36,750 bases of DNA from the IMG/VR virus record IMGVR_UViG_3300037311_000208, positions 1 to 36,750 of that record; one strand, given 5' to 3'. The stretch is from a virus. Taxonomy: Duplodnaviria; Caudoviricetes. The notes under the pieces are model-generated. The model saw only the letters and a program-made list of their open reading frames with translations, did not search any database and was not told the origin of the DNA. Position 1 is the first letter of the stretch. Each line of letters opens with the position of its first letter. The translations under genes were made by a program, and so were the position numbers. Shown piece by piece: positions 14,770-24,933 of the stretch.

Positions 14770-16529
14770 ACGTCGCCGCGGCGCCGGTCGCCAAGGCCGC
14801 TCGTAAGCGGGCGGCGCGCCGCCTCGAGCCCGTCGACCGGGTGACGGCCTATGCGCGAGACGTGTTGAGCGGCCGACTGGTTGCGGGGCCACACGTCCGC
14901 GCCGCGTGCAAGCGTCACCTCTCTGACCTGGAGACAGGTGCTGCCCGGGGCATCCACTTCGACCTGGCCACTGCTAACGAGGCCATCGCGTTTTTCGAGG
15001 AGGTCCTGTGCCTCAACGGGGGCGCTTTCGAGGGTCTGCCTTTCAAGTTGCAGAGCTGGCAGGCCTTCGTCGTCGGCAGCATTTACGGCTGGCTTCGCGG
15101 CGACGTGCGCCGGTTCCGCGTGGCGTACATCGAGACGGGCAAGGGCAGCGGCAAAAGCCCACTGGCTGCCGGTGTGGGAATGATGGGTCTGACCGCCGAC
15201 GGCGAAGCACGCGCGGAGGTCTACGCTGCCGCGACGAAGAAGGATCAGGCCATGATCCTCTTCCGCGATGCCGTGGCGATGTACCAGCAGAGCCCCGAGC
15301 TGCTCGCCCGACTCAAGCCCAGCGGCGTTGGCGAGAACGTCTGGAACCTGGCCTACCCGTCGGCAGCGAGCTTCTTCAGGCCGATCAGCGCCGACGATGG
15401 CCAGAGCGGCCCGCGGCCGCATGTGGCGCTGATCGACGAGGTGCACGAGCACAAGACAATGACCGTGGTCGAGATGATGCGCGCGGGCACGAAGAGTCGT
15501 CGCCAGGCGCTGATCTTCATGATCACCAACAGCGGTGCCGGCAAGACCACACCCTGCGGCGTCTACCACGACTACGCCTGCGAGGTCGCTGCGGGCAGAC
15601 GTCTGGACGACGCGTTTTTCGGCTACGTGTGTGGGCTGGACGAGGGCGACGACCCGCTGAACGACGAGTCCTGCTGGCCCAAGGCCAACCCGTCGCTCCA
15701 GGAGGCCGGCATCCCAGGTCTGCAGTACTTGCGAGAGCAGGTGACCGAGGCGCGCGGGATGCCGTCCAAGGAGTCGATCGTCCGCCGCCTCAACTTCTGC
15801 CAGTGGACGGACGCGATCAACCCATGGTTGAGCTCGCTGGTCTGGGAGCCGTGTCGCGCCGACTTCAGCCTCGAGCAGCTGCGTGGACGGCGCGCCTACG
15901 GCGGCCTCGACCTCTCCAGCACCACGGACCTGACGGCCTTCGTGCTGCTGGTGGAGCCCGCTGACCCGGCGGAGCCCTGGAGCATCCTGCCCTTCTGCTG
16001 GCTTCCGGCCGAGGGCATGCGTGAGCGCTGCCAGCGCGATCGCGTCGACTACGAGACTTGGCGCAGGCAGGGGCACCTGCGCACCACGCCAGGCGCCGCG
16101 ATCAGCAAGCGGCACGTGCTGCAGGAGGTCGCGCAGCTCTGCGCCCAGTTCGAGGTGCAGAGCGTTGCGGCCGACCGCTGGCGGCTGGCGGATTTCAAGC
16201 AGATTGCCGACGACGAAGGCATCACCTTGCCCCCCATGCTGGAGTTCGGCCAGGGCTTCAAGGACATGAGTCCGGCCATCGACCGCTTCGAGACGGCCAT
16301 CCTGAACCAGACCCTGCGCCACAACGGGCATCCGGTCCTGACCATGTGCGCCGCCAACGCTGTCACCGACACCGACCCGGCGGGCAATCGCAAGCTGAAC
16401 AAGGCCCGGGCCACTGGACGCATCGACCTGGTGGTGGCTGCAGTGATGGCCTACGCCGGGGTGGTGCAGGAAGCGTCGGAAGGCAGGTCGTTCTGGGAAG
16501 ACGACCCGAGTGCGGAGGCTGCCGAATGA
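14766..16529 (+). CDS. terL: terminase large subunit
   Basis: Walker A ETGKGSGKS, Walker B LIDEVHEH, nuclease motifs GGLDLSSTTDLTA and RIDLVVAAVMA. Confidence 0.95.
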   Translation: MNVAAAPVAKAARKRAARRLEPVDRVTAYARDVLSGRLVAGPHVRAACKRHLSDLETGAARGIHFDLATANEAIAFFEEVLCLNGGAFEGLPFKLQSWQAFVVGSIYGWLRGDVRRFRVAYIETGKGSGKSPLAAGVGMMGLTADGEARAEVYAAATKKDQAMILFRDAVAMYQQSPELLARLKPSGVGENVWNLAYPSAASFFRPISADDGQSGPRPHVALIDEVHEHKTMTVVEMMRAGTKSRRQALIFMITNSGAGKTTPCGVYHDYACEVAAGRRLDDAFFGYVCGLDEGDDPLNDESCWPKANPSLQEAGIPGLQYLREQVTEARGMPSKESIVRRLNFCQWTDAINPWLSSLVWEPCRADFSLEQLRGRRAYGGLDLSSTTDLTAFVLLVEPADPAEPWSILPFCWLPAEGMRERCQRDRVDYETWRRQGHLRTTPGAAISKRHVLQEVAQLCAQFEVQSVAADRWRLADFKQIADDEGITLPPMLEFGQGFKDMSPAIDRFETAILNQTLRHNGHPVLTMCAANAVTDTDPAGNRKLNKARATGRIDLVVAAVMAYAGVVQEASEGRSFWEDDPSAEAAE

Positions 16530-17740
16530 GCTGGTGGCGCCGCCTGCTGGGCCAGAAGGCCACCCAGCTGACCTACGACCAGATCGCGTCCCTCATCGAT
16601 GGCGCCGACGGCGGCCGCGTTGCCGGCCTGCTCATCAACGAGAAGACTGCGCTGCAGGTGGCCACGGTGCTGGCTTGCGTGCGCACGATCGCCGACGGTT
16701 GCGCGACGCCCAGTCTCGAGGTGTTCCGCGAGAAGTCCGACGGCAAGCGCGAGCGCGCCATCAACATCCCCGAGTACCGCCTGCTGAATCGGCGGCCGAA
16801 CGAGTGGCAGACGAGCTTCGAGTGGCGCCGGCTGATGACCGCGCACGCTGCATTGACCGGTGCTGGCCTGTCCATCAAGGTCCGTGGCGACAACCGCCGC
16901 GTGCGCGAGCTCATCCCAGTCCTGCCTGGCCGCTGGGACGTGCGGCGGATCTCGCGCTACGAGGTGCGCTACCGCGTCTGGGACGACTTCGGCTTCGTTG
17001 GCGAGTTCCTGCCGGCCGATGTGTTCGTGCTGCACAACATGCAGTGGGACCACATCGGCGCGCTCAACCACGTCAAGGCCGCGGCCAGCGCGATTGGCCT
17101 GGGCCTCGCGGCTGAGCGCTCGCAGGCTGCCTTCCATGAGAACGGCGCCCGCCCCAGCGGCACCTACTCGGTCGAAGGCACGCTCAACAAGGAGCAGTAC
17201 ACCGCCTTGACCGAATGGCTCCGGCGGCAGTACTCCGGTGCCGAGCGCACAGGTCTTCCGATGGTCCTCGACCGCGCGGCCAAGTGGCTGCAGACCAGCA
17301 TGTCGGGAGTCGATGCCCAGCACCTGGAGACGCGGCGCATGCAGGTGGAGGAGATCTGCAGGGCCTTTAACGTGTTCCCGATCATGGTGGGCCACAACGA
17401 CAAGGCCGCCACCTTCGCAAGCGCGGAGGCCTTCTTCGCGGCTCACCTGAAGCACACGCTGGCGCCCTGGCACGTGGCCTGGACGCAGCGCCTGGACGAA
17501 ACCCTCCTCGATGGTGCCGGCCCGCTCTTCGCCGAGTTCGACACGCGCTACCTCAACGCGGGCGCGATGAAGGACCGCGCCGTCTGGGCCCGCACGATGG
17601 CCGAGATGGGCATCTACACGCGCAACGAGCTGCGCGACGAAGAGGGCAAGGACCCGATCGACGGCCTTGATGAGCCGCTGACCCCGATGAACATGACCGG
17701 CAGCCGGCCGGCAGGAGAACCTGATGCGCCTCAAGACTGA
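16526..17740 (+). CDS. HK97-family portal protein
   Basis: ALQVATVLACVRTIA...PNEWQTSFEW...ENGARPSG...DAQHLETRRMQVEEICRAFNV...YTRNELRDEEG. Confidence 0.95.
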   Translation: MSWWRRLLGQKATQLTYDQIASLIDGADGGRVAGLLINEKTALQVATVLACVRTIADGCATPSLEVFREKSDGKRERAINIPEYRLLNRRPNEWQTSFEWRRLMTAHAALTGAGLSIKVRGDNRRVRELIPVLPGRWDVRRISRYEVRYRVWDDFGFVGEFLPADVFVLHNMQWDHIGALNHVKAAASAIGLGLAAERSQAAFHENGARPSGTYSVEGTLNKEQYTALTEWLRRQYSGAERTGLPMVLDRAAKWLQTSMSGVDAQHLETRRMQVEEICRAFNVFPIMVGHNDKAATFASAEAFFAAHLKHTLAPWHVAWTQRLDETLLDGAGPLFAEFDTRYLNAGAMKDRAVWARTMAEMGIYTRNELRDEEGKDPIDGLDEPLTPMNMTGSRPAGEPDAPQD

Positions 17741-18425
17741 ACGCAAGGACACCACCGCGGCGGGCCGCCCCGAAGTGCGCACCTTTGCCCTGTCCATCCG
17801 GGCCAGCGGCGACGATGGCACCGTCGAGGGCTACGGCAGCGTCTTCGGCGTGCGCGACGCCTACGCCGACGTCATCTCGCCGGGCGCCTTCGCCGACAGC
17901 CTGGCGGCCCACAAGGCGGCCGGCACCATGCCCGCGATGCTGTGGCAGCACGACCCCAGCGAGCCGATCGGCGTCTGGACCGAGATGGTCGAAGACGAGA
18001 AGGGCCTCCGCATCAAGGGCCGGCTCGCGCTGGACACGGTGCGGGGCAAGGAAGCGCATGCGCTGCTGAAGATCGGCGCCCTTAACGGCCTGAGCATCGG
18101 CTTCGTCAGCAAGGAGTGGATGTACGACCGTGACACAGACGTCCGCACGCTGACGCAGATCGAGCTCTGGGAGGTGTCGCTCGTCACCTTCCCGGCCAAC
18201 GACAAGGCGCGCGTCACCGGCGTGAAGGCCAGTGACGCCGGCGCCATCCAGACCCTCAAGGACGCCGAGAAGTGCCTGCGCGACGCGGGCTTCTCGGCTG
18301 ACGCGGCCCGGGCCTTTGTGGCCCAGGTCCGCCGCATCGCTCCGGTTCCGCGCGACGCGGATGGGGTGGATGCGGCCACTGCAGCAGCCGAGCGGCTGCT
18401 GCGCTCCATGGCCTCTACCTCCTGA
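17724..18425 (+). CDS. HK97-family prohead maturation protease
   Basis: EGYGSVFG...MLWQHD...GLSIGF...LWEVSLVTFPAN. Confidence 0.95.
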   Translation: MRLKTERKDTTAAGRPEVRTFALSIRASGDDGTVEGYGSVFGVRDAYADVISPGAFADSLAAHKAAGTMPAMLWQHDPSEPIGVWTEMVEDEKGLRIKGRLALDTVRGKEAHALLKIGALNGLSIGFVSKEWMYDRDTDVRTLTQIELWEVSLVTFPANDKARVTGVKASDAGAIQTLKDAEKCLRDAGFSADAARAFVAQVRRIAPVPRDADGVDAATAAAERLLRSMASTS

Positions 18426-18445
18426 TCCACCGAAAGGACCCGACT

Positions 18446-19855
18446 GTGAAGACCCCGAAGCTCAACCGCATCATGGCGGCCCATCACGCTGCCTTCCTGG
18501 CCACCGCGGCCGCCGCCGGCTTCCGCTACGAGCGCCGCGACGCGTCCGACATGAAGAAGCTGGCCGAGACCATCGACCGCATCGCCACCGCGTTCGAGGA
18601 GTACAAGCGCACGAACGACCAGCGCCTGGCGGAGATCAAGACCAAGGGCAGCGCCGACCCGCTGCTCGAGGAGAAGCTCCGCAAGGTGGACGCCGAGCTC
18701 TCCACCCTGAGCGAGATGAAGACTGCCCTGGAGGCCGTCCAGACCAAGCTGGCGCGCCCCGGCGTGCTGCCGGCCGGCGGCGCCGAGCAGCGCGAGTCGC
18801 CGGAGGCTCTGGCTTATCGCCAGGCCTTCGTGTCGTGGGTGCGCAATCCCACCGACCACCAGCGCAGCGCGCTGCTGCAGCAGCGCGCGCGTGAGCTGCA
18901 GCGCGTCGAAGCCAAGGCCTTTGGCGGCGACGACGGCTTCGAGACCCGCGCCACGCAGACCGTCACCAGCACGGGCGCTGCCGGTGGCTTCGCGTTGCCG
19001 GAGATCATCGAGCGGCAGATTCAGCGCCTCAGCGTCGACATCAGCCCTATCCGGCAGATCGCCACGGTCCGCACCGTGGGCAGCCCCGACTACAAGGAGC
19101 TGTTCGACGTCAACGGCGCGGCCTTCGAGTGGGTGGGTGAGGCCGATACGCGCAACCAGTCGAACACCCCCGACATGGCCGAAGTGGCGCCCACCTTCGG
19201 CATGGCGTCTGCCAAGCCGCAGGCCTCGGAAGAGTCGCTCGACGACCTGTTCTTCGACGTCGAGAACTGGCTCATCACGTCGGCTGCCGAGGCCATCGCG
19301 CAAGGCGAGGGCGCGTCCTTCGTCAACGGCAACGGCACCAAGAAGCCCACCGGCTTCCTGGCCGGCCCCGCCCCGGTGGCAACTGCCGATGCCTCGCGGG
19401 CTTTCGGCACGCTGCAGTACATCGCGTCCGGCCAGGCCGCCGCGATGCCGACCTCGGCCGACACGTTCCTGGACATCGTCTACTCGCTGCGCGCGCGGTA
19501 CCGCGCGAACGCCCGCTGGGTGTCGAACAAGCTCACGCTGTCGTCGGTGCGCAAGTACAAGGACACCACGGGCCAGTACCTGTGGCAGCCGTCGATGATG
19601 GCCGGCCAGCCCGACACCTTCATGGGCTACCCGGTCACCGAGGCGGAAGACATGCCCGTGGTCGCGGCCAACGCGTTCTCGCTCGCCTTCGGCGACTTCC
19701 GCGAGGGCTACCTCATCGCCGATCGCGTGGGCATGCGCATGACCCGCGACGAGATCACCAGCCCGGGCTTCGTCAAGTTCTACGTGCGCAAGCGCGTGGG
19801 CGGCCGCCTCCGCAACACGCAGGCCATCAAGCTGCTGAAGATCGCCGCGAGCTGA
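18446..19855 (+). CDS. HK97-fold major capsid protein with N-terminal delta domain
   Basis: Coiled-coil N-terminus; GGFALPE...WVGE...GNGTKKPTGFL...GQYLWQP...AFGDF...KRVGG. Confidence 0.95.
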   Translation: MKTPKLNRIMAAHHAAFLATAAAAGFRYERRDASDMKKLAETIDRIATAFEEYKRTNDQRLAEIKTKGSADPLLEEKLRKVDAELSTLSEMKTALEAVQTKLARPGVLPAGGAEQRESPEALAYRQAFVSWVRNPTDHQRSALLQQRARELQRVEAKAFGGDDGFETRATQTVTSTGAAGGFALPEIIERQIQRLSVDISPIRQIATVRTVGSPDYKELFDVNGAAFEWVGEADTRNQSNTPDMAEVAPTFGMASAKPQASEESLDDLFFDVENWLITSAAEAIAQGEGASFVNGNGTKKPTGFLAGPAPVATADASRAFGTLQYIASGQAAAMPTSADTFLDIVYSLRARYRANARWVSNKLTLSSVRKYKDTTGQYLWQPSMMAGQPDTFMGYPVTEAEDMPVVAANAFSLAFGDFREGYLIADRVGMRMTRDEITSPGFVKFYVRKRVGGRLRNTQAIKLLKIAAS

Positions 19856-19875
19856 TCGACGCTCGCTCCGCTGCT

Positions 19876-19899
19876 CGGGCCCGCCTTCGTGCGGGCCCG
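19876..19899 (+). other. hairpin downstream of the capsid gene
   Basis: CGGGCCCGC-CTTCGT-GCGGGCCCG, 9-bp stem, no U-tract. Confidence 0.5.
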
Positions 19900-19932
19900 C
19901 TGCATTCCAGCGCCCCACACCCCGAGGTCACC

Positions 19933-20232
19933 ATGCCCAAGATCAAGGTCATCAAGCCCTTCAAGTTCGCCCACGGTGGCCACACCGTGCAGGAGTTCGA
20001 GCCCAGCGACGAGCCCATCGACACCTCCGACGAGTGCGCCGAGCTGGCCGTCAAGCAAGGCTGGGCGAAGAACGTCAAGGCGCGCGCCGCGGCCCCCGCG
20101 GCGGCCGACGCCCTGCGCGCACGCATCACCGAGCTCGAGCAGCAGCTCGCCTCCGCCACCGACGAGTCCTCGAAGTCCGCGCTGGCCGCCGAGCTGCAGG
20201 CCAAGCAGGCCGAGCTCGCCGAGCTGGGCTGA
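19933..20232 (+). CDS. small capsid-adjacent protein with coiled-coil C-terminus
   Basis: MPKIKVIKPFKFAHGG...; GAGG RBS. Confidence 0.75.
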   Translation: MPKIKVIKPFKFAHGGHTVQEFEPSDEPIDTSDECAELAVKQGWAKNVKARAAAPAAADALRARITELEQQLASATDESSKSALAAELQAKQAELAELG

Positions 20233-20257
20233 GCAGGCGTCTGCACAGGAGCCCACC

Positions 20258-20734
20258 ATGGCCAGCTTCGTCTTCAACATCGCCCTCGGCCGCGTGGCCG
20301 AGCTCTACCGCCGCGTGAAGGCCAACGATCCGGCCAACAGCGCGCTTGTCCTGGTGGCCATCAACGCTGGCGCCGCCACCGACGCCACGATGCGCGACTA
20401 CGACACGCTGGCCCAGCTCATCGCTGACGCCGACGTGGTCGAGGTCACCAACGCCGGCTATGCGCGCAAGGTGCTCACCGACGTCGACCTGGCCGCCTTC
20501 CCGGCGCCCGACGACACCAACAACCGCATCGAGCTGTCGCTGCCCGCGCAGACCTGGGCCACGGTGGCCGCAGGCACGGCGTGGACGGACATCGTCGTCT
20601 GCTACGACCCCGACACCACCGGCGGCACCGATGCCGACCTGGTGCCGCTGACGCTGTTCGACTTCCCGAAGACCCCCGACGGTGGCGACATCCCGATGGC
20701 CGCCGGCGTGTTCTTCCGCGGCAACGCGGTCTGA
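20258..20734 (+). CDS. putative virion structural protein
   Basis: MASFVFNIALGRV...EVTNAGYARKVL...TPDGGDI; AGGAG RBS; late operon. Confidence 0.75.
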   Translation: MASFVFNIALGRVAELYRRVKANDPANSALVLVAINAGAATDATMRDYDTLAQLIADADVVEVTNAGYARKVLTDVDLAAFPAPDDTNNRIELSLPAQTWATVAAGTAWTDIVVCYDPDTTGGTDADLVPLTLFDFPKTPDGGDIPMAAGVFFRGNAV

Positions 20735-20749
20735 CCTCGAGCGCAGCCG

Positions 20750-22228
20750 ATGGCCTTGCTGACGATCCTGGACTACGCGACGGCGGTTGCCGTTGGCGCC
20801 GCCACGTCTCAGCAGGCCAACCTTGAAGCGCTGCTCGCGCCTTTCGGTGCCGGCCCCGTGACGGCGCGCCTGGAGGGCCCCACGGGCACGCACCTGCGCG
20901 CGCTCACGATCTCGCTGCCCACCATCGAGGCCACCACGCCGCGGCGCTTCACGCTGGCCGCGCACCTGGCCGACGCCGCGGTGGCCACCGGCGCGCCAGG
21001 CCGCTGGGTGTTCCGCACCTCGGGCGGCCTGTCGGTGTTCTCGATCCCGGCCGGCACCGGCGGCTCGAGCATCAACCACGTGGGCGACGTGAAGACGCTG
21101 TGCACGCCGACGCTGCAAGGGGTAGTGGTGACAGCACCCTCTGGCCTGCCTTCGACCAGCGTGCCAACTTGGCGTGCTGGACGAGCGGCTTTGGAGTGGG
21201 GACAGATCGCCGGAACTGCCCCCTCCACCTCGTTGAGCAGCATGGGCTTCAGCGAGAGGGCGTGCGACGCGTACAACTGCCTCGTGGTCGACTCGCTGGG
21301 CAACGCTTACGGTGTGGCGTGGGGTGGCCACGATGACGGGTCAAGCAACGGGGCCGCCAAGATCGGCCTCATGGCAAACACGCCGGCTTGGTCAGTGCTG
21401 TTCTCGGGCACGGCCTCGCCGACGCCGCCGCCCGCCCCCCCGGCGCTCGCGGTGCCGTACTACGCCGACGGCCGTCCCACTTCGCGACACGGCTATGCGT
21501 ACCTATTCCCGGTCGAGGGTGGCTCTGCGGTGCTGCTGGCCGGCTGCAAGTTCGGCTGGTCTGGAGGCTCTGGAAACATTCCGGCCGGTCCTGGCATGGA
21601 TGTCTTCGATCTCGTCAGCAATGACTACAGGCCGCGGTTTCACTACCCCGACATCCCGGACGGATCCTTCGGGACCGTGCAGGATGCCGCGGGCAACATC
21701 TGGACCCAGACGGGCTACAAATTCACCGTCGCGACCAAGACCTGGAGTCGCCCCAGCTCAGGCACAGGCCTGCGTTTCCCGGCGGCGACGGACCAGGGCA
21801 CCGACCGCAGTTTGTGGCTGCAGTTCGGGGACAGCCAGGGCTTCGACGCGTCGCTGGGCATCCAGGCGAAAGAGCTCAACCACGCCGACGGCTCAATCCG
21901 AACGATCACGATTGCGCCTAGCGCCGCGCGTACCGCCTTCGAGGCAGCGCAGCCCGCCTATCCGTCGATGGACTTCTGCCCGGTCGACGGCAAGTACTGG
22001 TTCTTCCACGCTGGCGAGCCGCAGGTTGCCTACAAGGTGACGCCTAGCAGCGTGTCGACCTCATGGGTGATGGAGCGCGTGGTCTTCGGCGGGCTTACCC
22101 CTGTCACCACCAACAGCAGCTCGGCCGCTGTGCCGCTGATGCAGCGGGTGCGCTGGGTTCAGCCGCTCGGTGGCTTCGTCGGGATCTGGGCCGCTCGTAC
22201 CAACCTCTACTTCCTGCCGGTGACCTGA
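20750..22228 (+). CDS. putative virion appendage protein with beta-propeller-like C-terminal domain
   Basis: 492 aa; Pro/Ser linker followed by beta-rich Gly/Trp repeats (GGHDDG...YYADGRPTSRHGY). Confidence 0.65.
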   Translation: MALLTILDYATAVAVGAATSQQANLEALLAPFGAGPVTARLEGPTGTHLRALTISLPTIEATTPRRFTLAAHLADAAVATGAPGRWVFRTSGGLSVFSIPAGTGGSSINHVGDVKTLCTPTLQGVVVTAPSGLPSTSVPTWRAGRAALEWGQIAGTAPSTSLSSMGFSERACDAYNCLVVDSLGNAYGVAWGGHDDGSSNGAAKIGLMANTPAWSVLFSGTASPTPPPAPPALAVPYYADGRPTSRHGYAYLFPVEGGSAVLLAGCKFGWSGGSGNIPAGPGMDVFDLVSNDYRPRFHYPDIPDGSFGTVQDAAGNIWTQTGYKFTVATKTWSRPSSGTGLRFPAATDQGTDRSLWLQFGDSQGFDASLGIQAKELNHADGSIRTITIAPSAARTAFEAAQPAYPSMDFCPVDGKYWFFHAGEPQVAYKVTPSSVSTSWVMERVVFGGLTPVTTNSSSAAVPLMQRVRWVQPLGGFVGIWAARTNLYFLPVT

Positions 22229-22229
22229 G

Positions 22230-24188
22230 ATGCTGAATGTCAACGGTATCGACGCCTTCCTGCGCCACGTCATGGCGTCGGCGGGCACCTACCCCCTGAC
22301 CCTGTTCGCGCGGGCCCGCCAGGCCTCTGGTGGCGCCAACCAGGTGGTCTTCTCTGAGGTGCAGATCGCCGCCGGCCGGCGCTGCCGCGCTGCAGCCTTC
22401 CAGAACGCCGCGGGCTCTGCGGTAGAAGCGATCGCGCTGTCGTCTTGGGGCGCGACGCCTCAAGCAAGCGCTGGTGAGAACCTGGGCGATGCCGCCGGCG
22501 GCGCTGCCGAACCGGTGATGCTGGTTGCTACGTCGGCGACGAGCATGACGCTCTACACAGCAAACAACCCAAGTGGCGTCACCGGCACGGGTACGAACGC
22601 AAGCGCATCCGATTGGGCTGGAGCCGACACGCTCCTCTTCGGCGCCCGCTATTTCGACTCAGTCTATGGCGACTTTTTCAATGGTGCTCTCGGCGAGCTG
22701 GCGCGGTGGAGTGCTGCGCTTGATGCCGCAGACTTTGCAGCACTCGCCGCGGGCGCGTACCCAGAGACCCGTCGGCCCGTTGCGCTGTACGACGTGTGGG
22801 ATGGAAATCCGCCTGGCGCAGCTGGCTCGGCCGTGACCGGACCATTGATCGGTCGCATCAATGGCCGATCGCTCTCTGTTGTCGGTGCGGTCACCAAGTC
22901 GTCAGTCCCTCACCCGGTGGCTCGGGATTCTTCGTGGACGCCGCTGGGGTCGGTGAAGACGGCGGGCAACACCGCAAGCGCAACCACTGCCGCCGTCGAC
23001 ACGACGGGTGCAAAGCTGATCGTCGTCGTCGCGTCGTGCGCTGCCGGTGGGGTACCTGGCGTTGTCGACAGCGTGCACGGCGGCACCGGTTGGAACGAGA
23101 TCGTGTTGGGCGCCAGCTCAGCCAACAAGGTTGTCCTCTTCTGGCGCATCAACCCGACCACCAGCGCGACGCACACCTTCACGGTGGGGGGGCCAACCTA
23201 CTTTGGTGTCGCCCACATCATGTGGTTCGGCAACACGGCCGGCGTTGTGGGCGTTGATGTGCAGGCCAGCAACAGCAGCGCCAGCGCCGCCACGCTGGCG
23301 GCCGGATCGGTCACGCCGGCGTACACCAACAGCCTTGTCATCGCCGCCGCGGCAGCCGGCGGAGCGTCCGGCAGCTTCAGCATTGGCAGCGGCTTCACCA
23401 TTCCTGCCAATGGCCAGTCACCTGGTATCGACAGCACCTCGATGGCGGGCATGATTGCCTACCTGATCCAAAGCGCTGCGGCTTCTGTGAACCCCACGGT
23501 GACGATGCCTGTCACCGGCGCATGCGCGACTGGCACAGTGGTGTTCCGCGCGACGGACGGCGCCGGCAGCGGTGACACCACACCGCCAACGCTGAGCGGC
23601 CCCAGCGGCACCGGCGGTCTAGGCGTCTGCACAGGCTCGGTCAGCACCAACGAAGCCGCGGGCGATCTCTACGCTGTGGCCACGGCCAGCGCCACAGCCC
23701 CCACGCAGCTGCAGGTGCGCAACGGCCAGGATCACACCGGCGCCGCGGCGCTGCGCGTGCGCAGCCAGGCTGTCACCTCCACCGGCGCGCAGAGCATCCC
23801 CAGCGGCGCGATCTCCGGCGGCGCCGGCACGCGCTACTGGCACTTCATGCACGAAGACGCGGCGGGCAACCGCTCGGCCGTGGTGTCGTCGGCCGGCTTC
23901 AGCGTCACAGCCTCAGCCACCCAGCTGGTGGTGACCGTGCCTGACGCGGCCGGCCTGTCGGGCTTCAATGCCGTGGTGCTGAGCGCGGCCGCGCCCGGCG
24001 CTGGCGTCACCGTCATCGCAACGGCCACCGGCATCACCTTCAACGGCAGCGGCCAGGCCACCATCAGCATCGCCGGCCTCGGCGTGCCGGTCACTGCGTA
24101 CCGGTGGGTCACGGTCACCAACGCCACGGGCGACCCGCTCCAGTCGCCTCCGCCGGTGCAAGCCCAAGGCCCCGTGCAGGCGAGCTGA
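22230..24188 (+). CDS. putative multidomain virion adhesin (LamG/ConA-like plus beta-sandwich domains)
   Basis: FFNGALGELARWSAAL is LamG-like; DTTPPTLS linker before an Ig/Fn3-like domain; rich in Ala/Gly/Ser/Thr. Confidence 0.65.
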   Translation: MLNVNGIDAFLRHVMASAGTYPLTLFARARQASGGANQVVFSEVQIAAGRRCRAAAFQNAAGSAVEAIALSSWGATPQASAGENLGDAAGGAAEPVMLVATSATSMTLYTANNPSGVTGTGTNASASDWAGADTLLFGARYFDSVYGDFFNGALGELARWSAALDAADFAALAAGAYPETRRPVALYDVWDGNPPGAAGSAVTGPLIGRINGRSLSVVGAVTKSSVPHPVARDSSWTPLGSVKTAGNTASATTAAVDTTGAKLIVVVASCAAGGVPGVVDSVHGGTGWNEIVLGASSANKVVLFWRINPTTSATHTFTVGGPTYFGVAHIMWFGNTAGVVGVDVQASNSSASAATLAAGSVTPAYTNSLVIAAAAAGGASGSFSIGSGFTIPANGQSPGIDSTSMAGMIAYLIQSAAASVNPTVTMPVTGACATGTVVFRATDGAGSGDTTPPTLSGPSGTGGLGVCTGSVSTNEAAGDLYAVATASATAPTQLQVRNGQDHTGAAALRVRSQAVTSTGAQSIPSGAISGGAGTRYWHFMHEDAAGNRSAVVSSAGFSVTASATQLVVTVPDAAGLSGFNAVVLSAAAPGAGVTVIATATGITFNGSGQATISIAGLGVPVTAYRWVTVTNATGDPLQSPPPVQAQGPVQAS

Positions 24189-24191
24189 CGC

Positions 24192-24926
24192 ATGAGCCTC
24201 GAGCTGAACCCCGTCTTCGAAGCGCCCGGGCTGCAGCTCGGCCCCGTCTTCGATGTGTCGGGCCCGCCAGCCTTCGTGAGCTTCACCGCCACGGCCACCG
24301 GCGGCACCGTGGCCTACTCGGGCGCCGTCACGCACTACCGCGTCAACGGCGGCGCGTCCATCGCCATCCCGGCCAGCCCGTTCACCTTCGCCGGCTTGAG
24401 CCCCAACACCGAGCCGCACACCGTGCAGCTCAGTGGCGACGGCGGCAGCACCTGGCCGGCCAGCTGGACCTTCGGCACGCTCAACCCCGGTACGGGCGGT
24501 GCCGAGGTGCCCACCGGCCTGCCGCCCGGCATCGCCGAGTCGTCCGAGCTGGCCCTGGCGCTGCTGCAGGCGCTGCCGGTGGGCGTTGCCGTCGAGTCCG
24601 ACACCGCGCTGGCGTTGCCGCTGGTCCTGCCGCCAGGCGTGGCCGTCGAGACCAGCATCGCCTTCGCGCTTGCCAGCTCGGGCACCGTCCAGGCCGCAGA
24701 AGAGCTCGACGAGGCGCTGCCACTGGCCCTGGTCTCGGCCAGCAGCCCCGGCGTGGCCGTGGAAACCGACCAGGCGCTGGCCCTGCTGCTCATCGTAGGC
24801 CCAGGCATCGCCGTCGAGACCGACACCGCCGTGGCCCTCTCATCGCCGGCCCGCCAGGTCCCCGGCGCCCCGCGCCGTCGCGCCACCAACCTCAGCACGG
24901 GCCGCCGCCCGGCCAACCTCGCCTGA
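24192..24926 (+). CDS. putative virion protein with about six 18-20 aa repeats
   Basis: Repeats of the form PGxAVExDxALAL. Confidence 0.7.
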   Translation: MSLELNPVFEAPGLQLGPVFDVSGPPAFVSFTATATGGTVAYSGAVTHYRVNGGASIAIPASPFTFAGLSPNTEPHTVQLSGDGGSTWPASWTFGTLNPGTGGAEVPTGLPPGIAESSELALALLQALPVGVAVESDTALALPLVLPPGVAVETSIAFALASSGTVQAAEELDEALPLALVSASSPGVAVETDQALALLLIVGPGIAVETDTAVALSSPARQVPGAPRRRATNLSTGRRPANLA

Positions 24927-24933
24927 GCCCGCC

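Noticed and set aside
16058-16525. N-terminal extension of the portal in the ORF track
   Set aside because: Lies inside terL; the real start is the ATGA-coupled ATG at 16526.
14541-19918. Long minus-strand ORFs (596, 456 and 685 aa) across terL, portal and capsid
   Set aside because: Antisense shadows of strongly GC3-biased genes.
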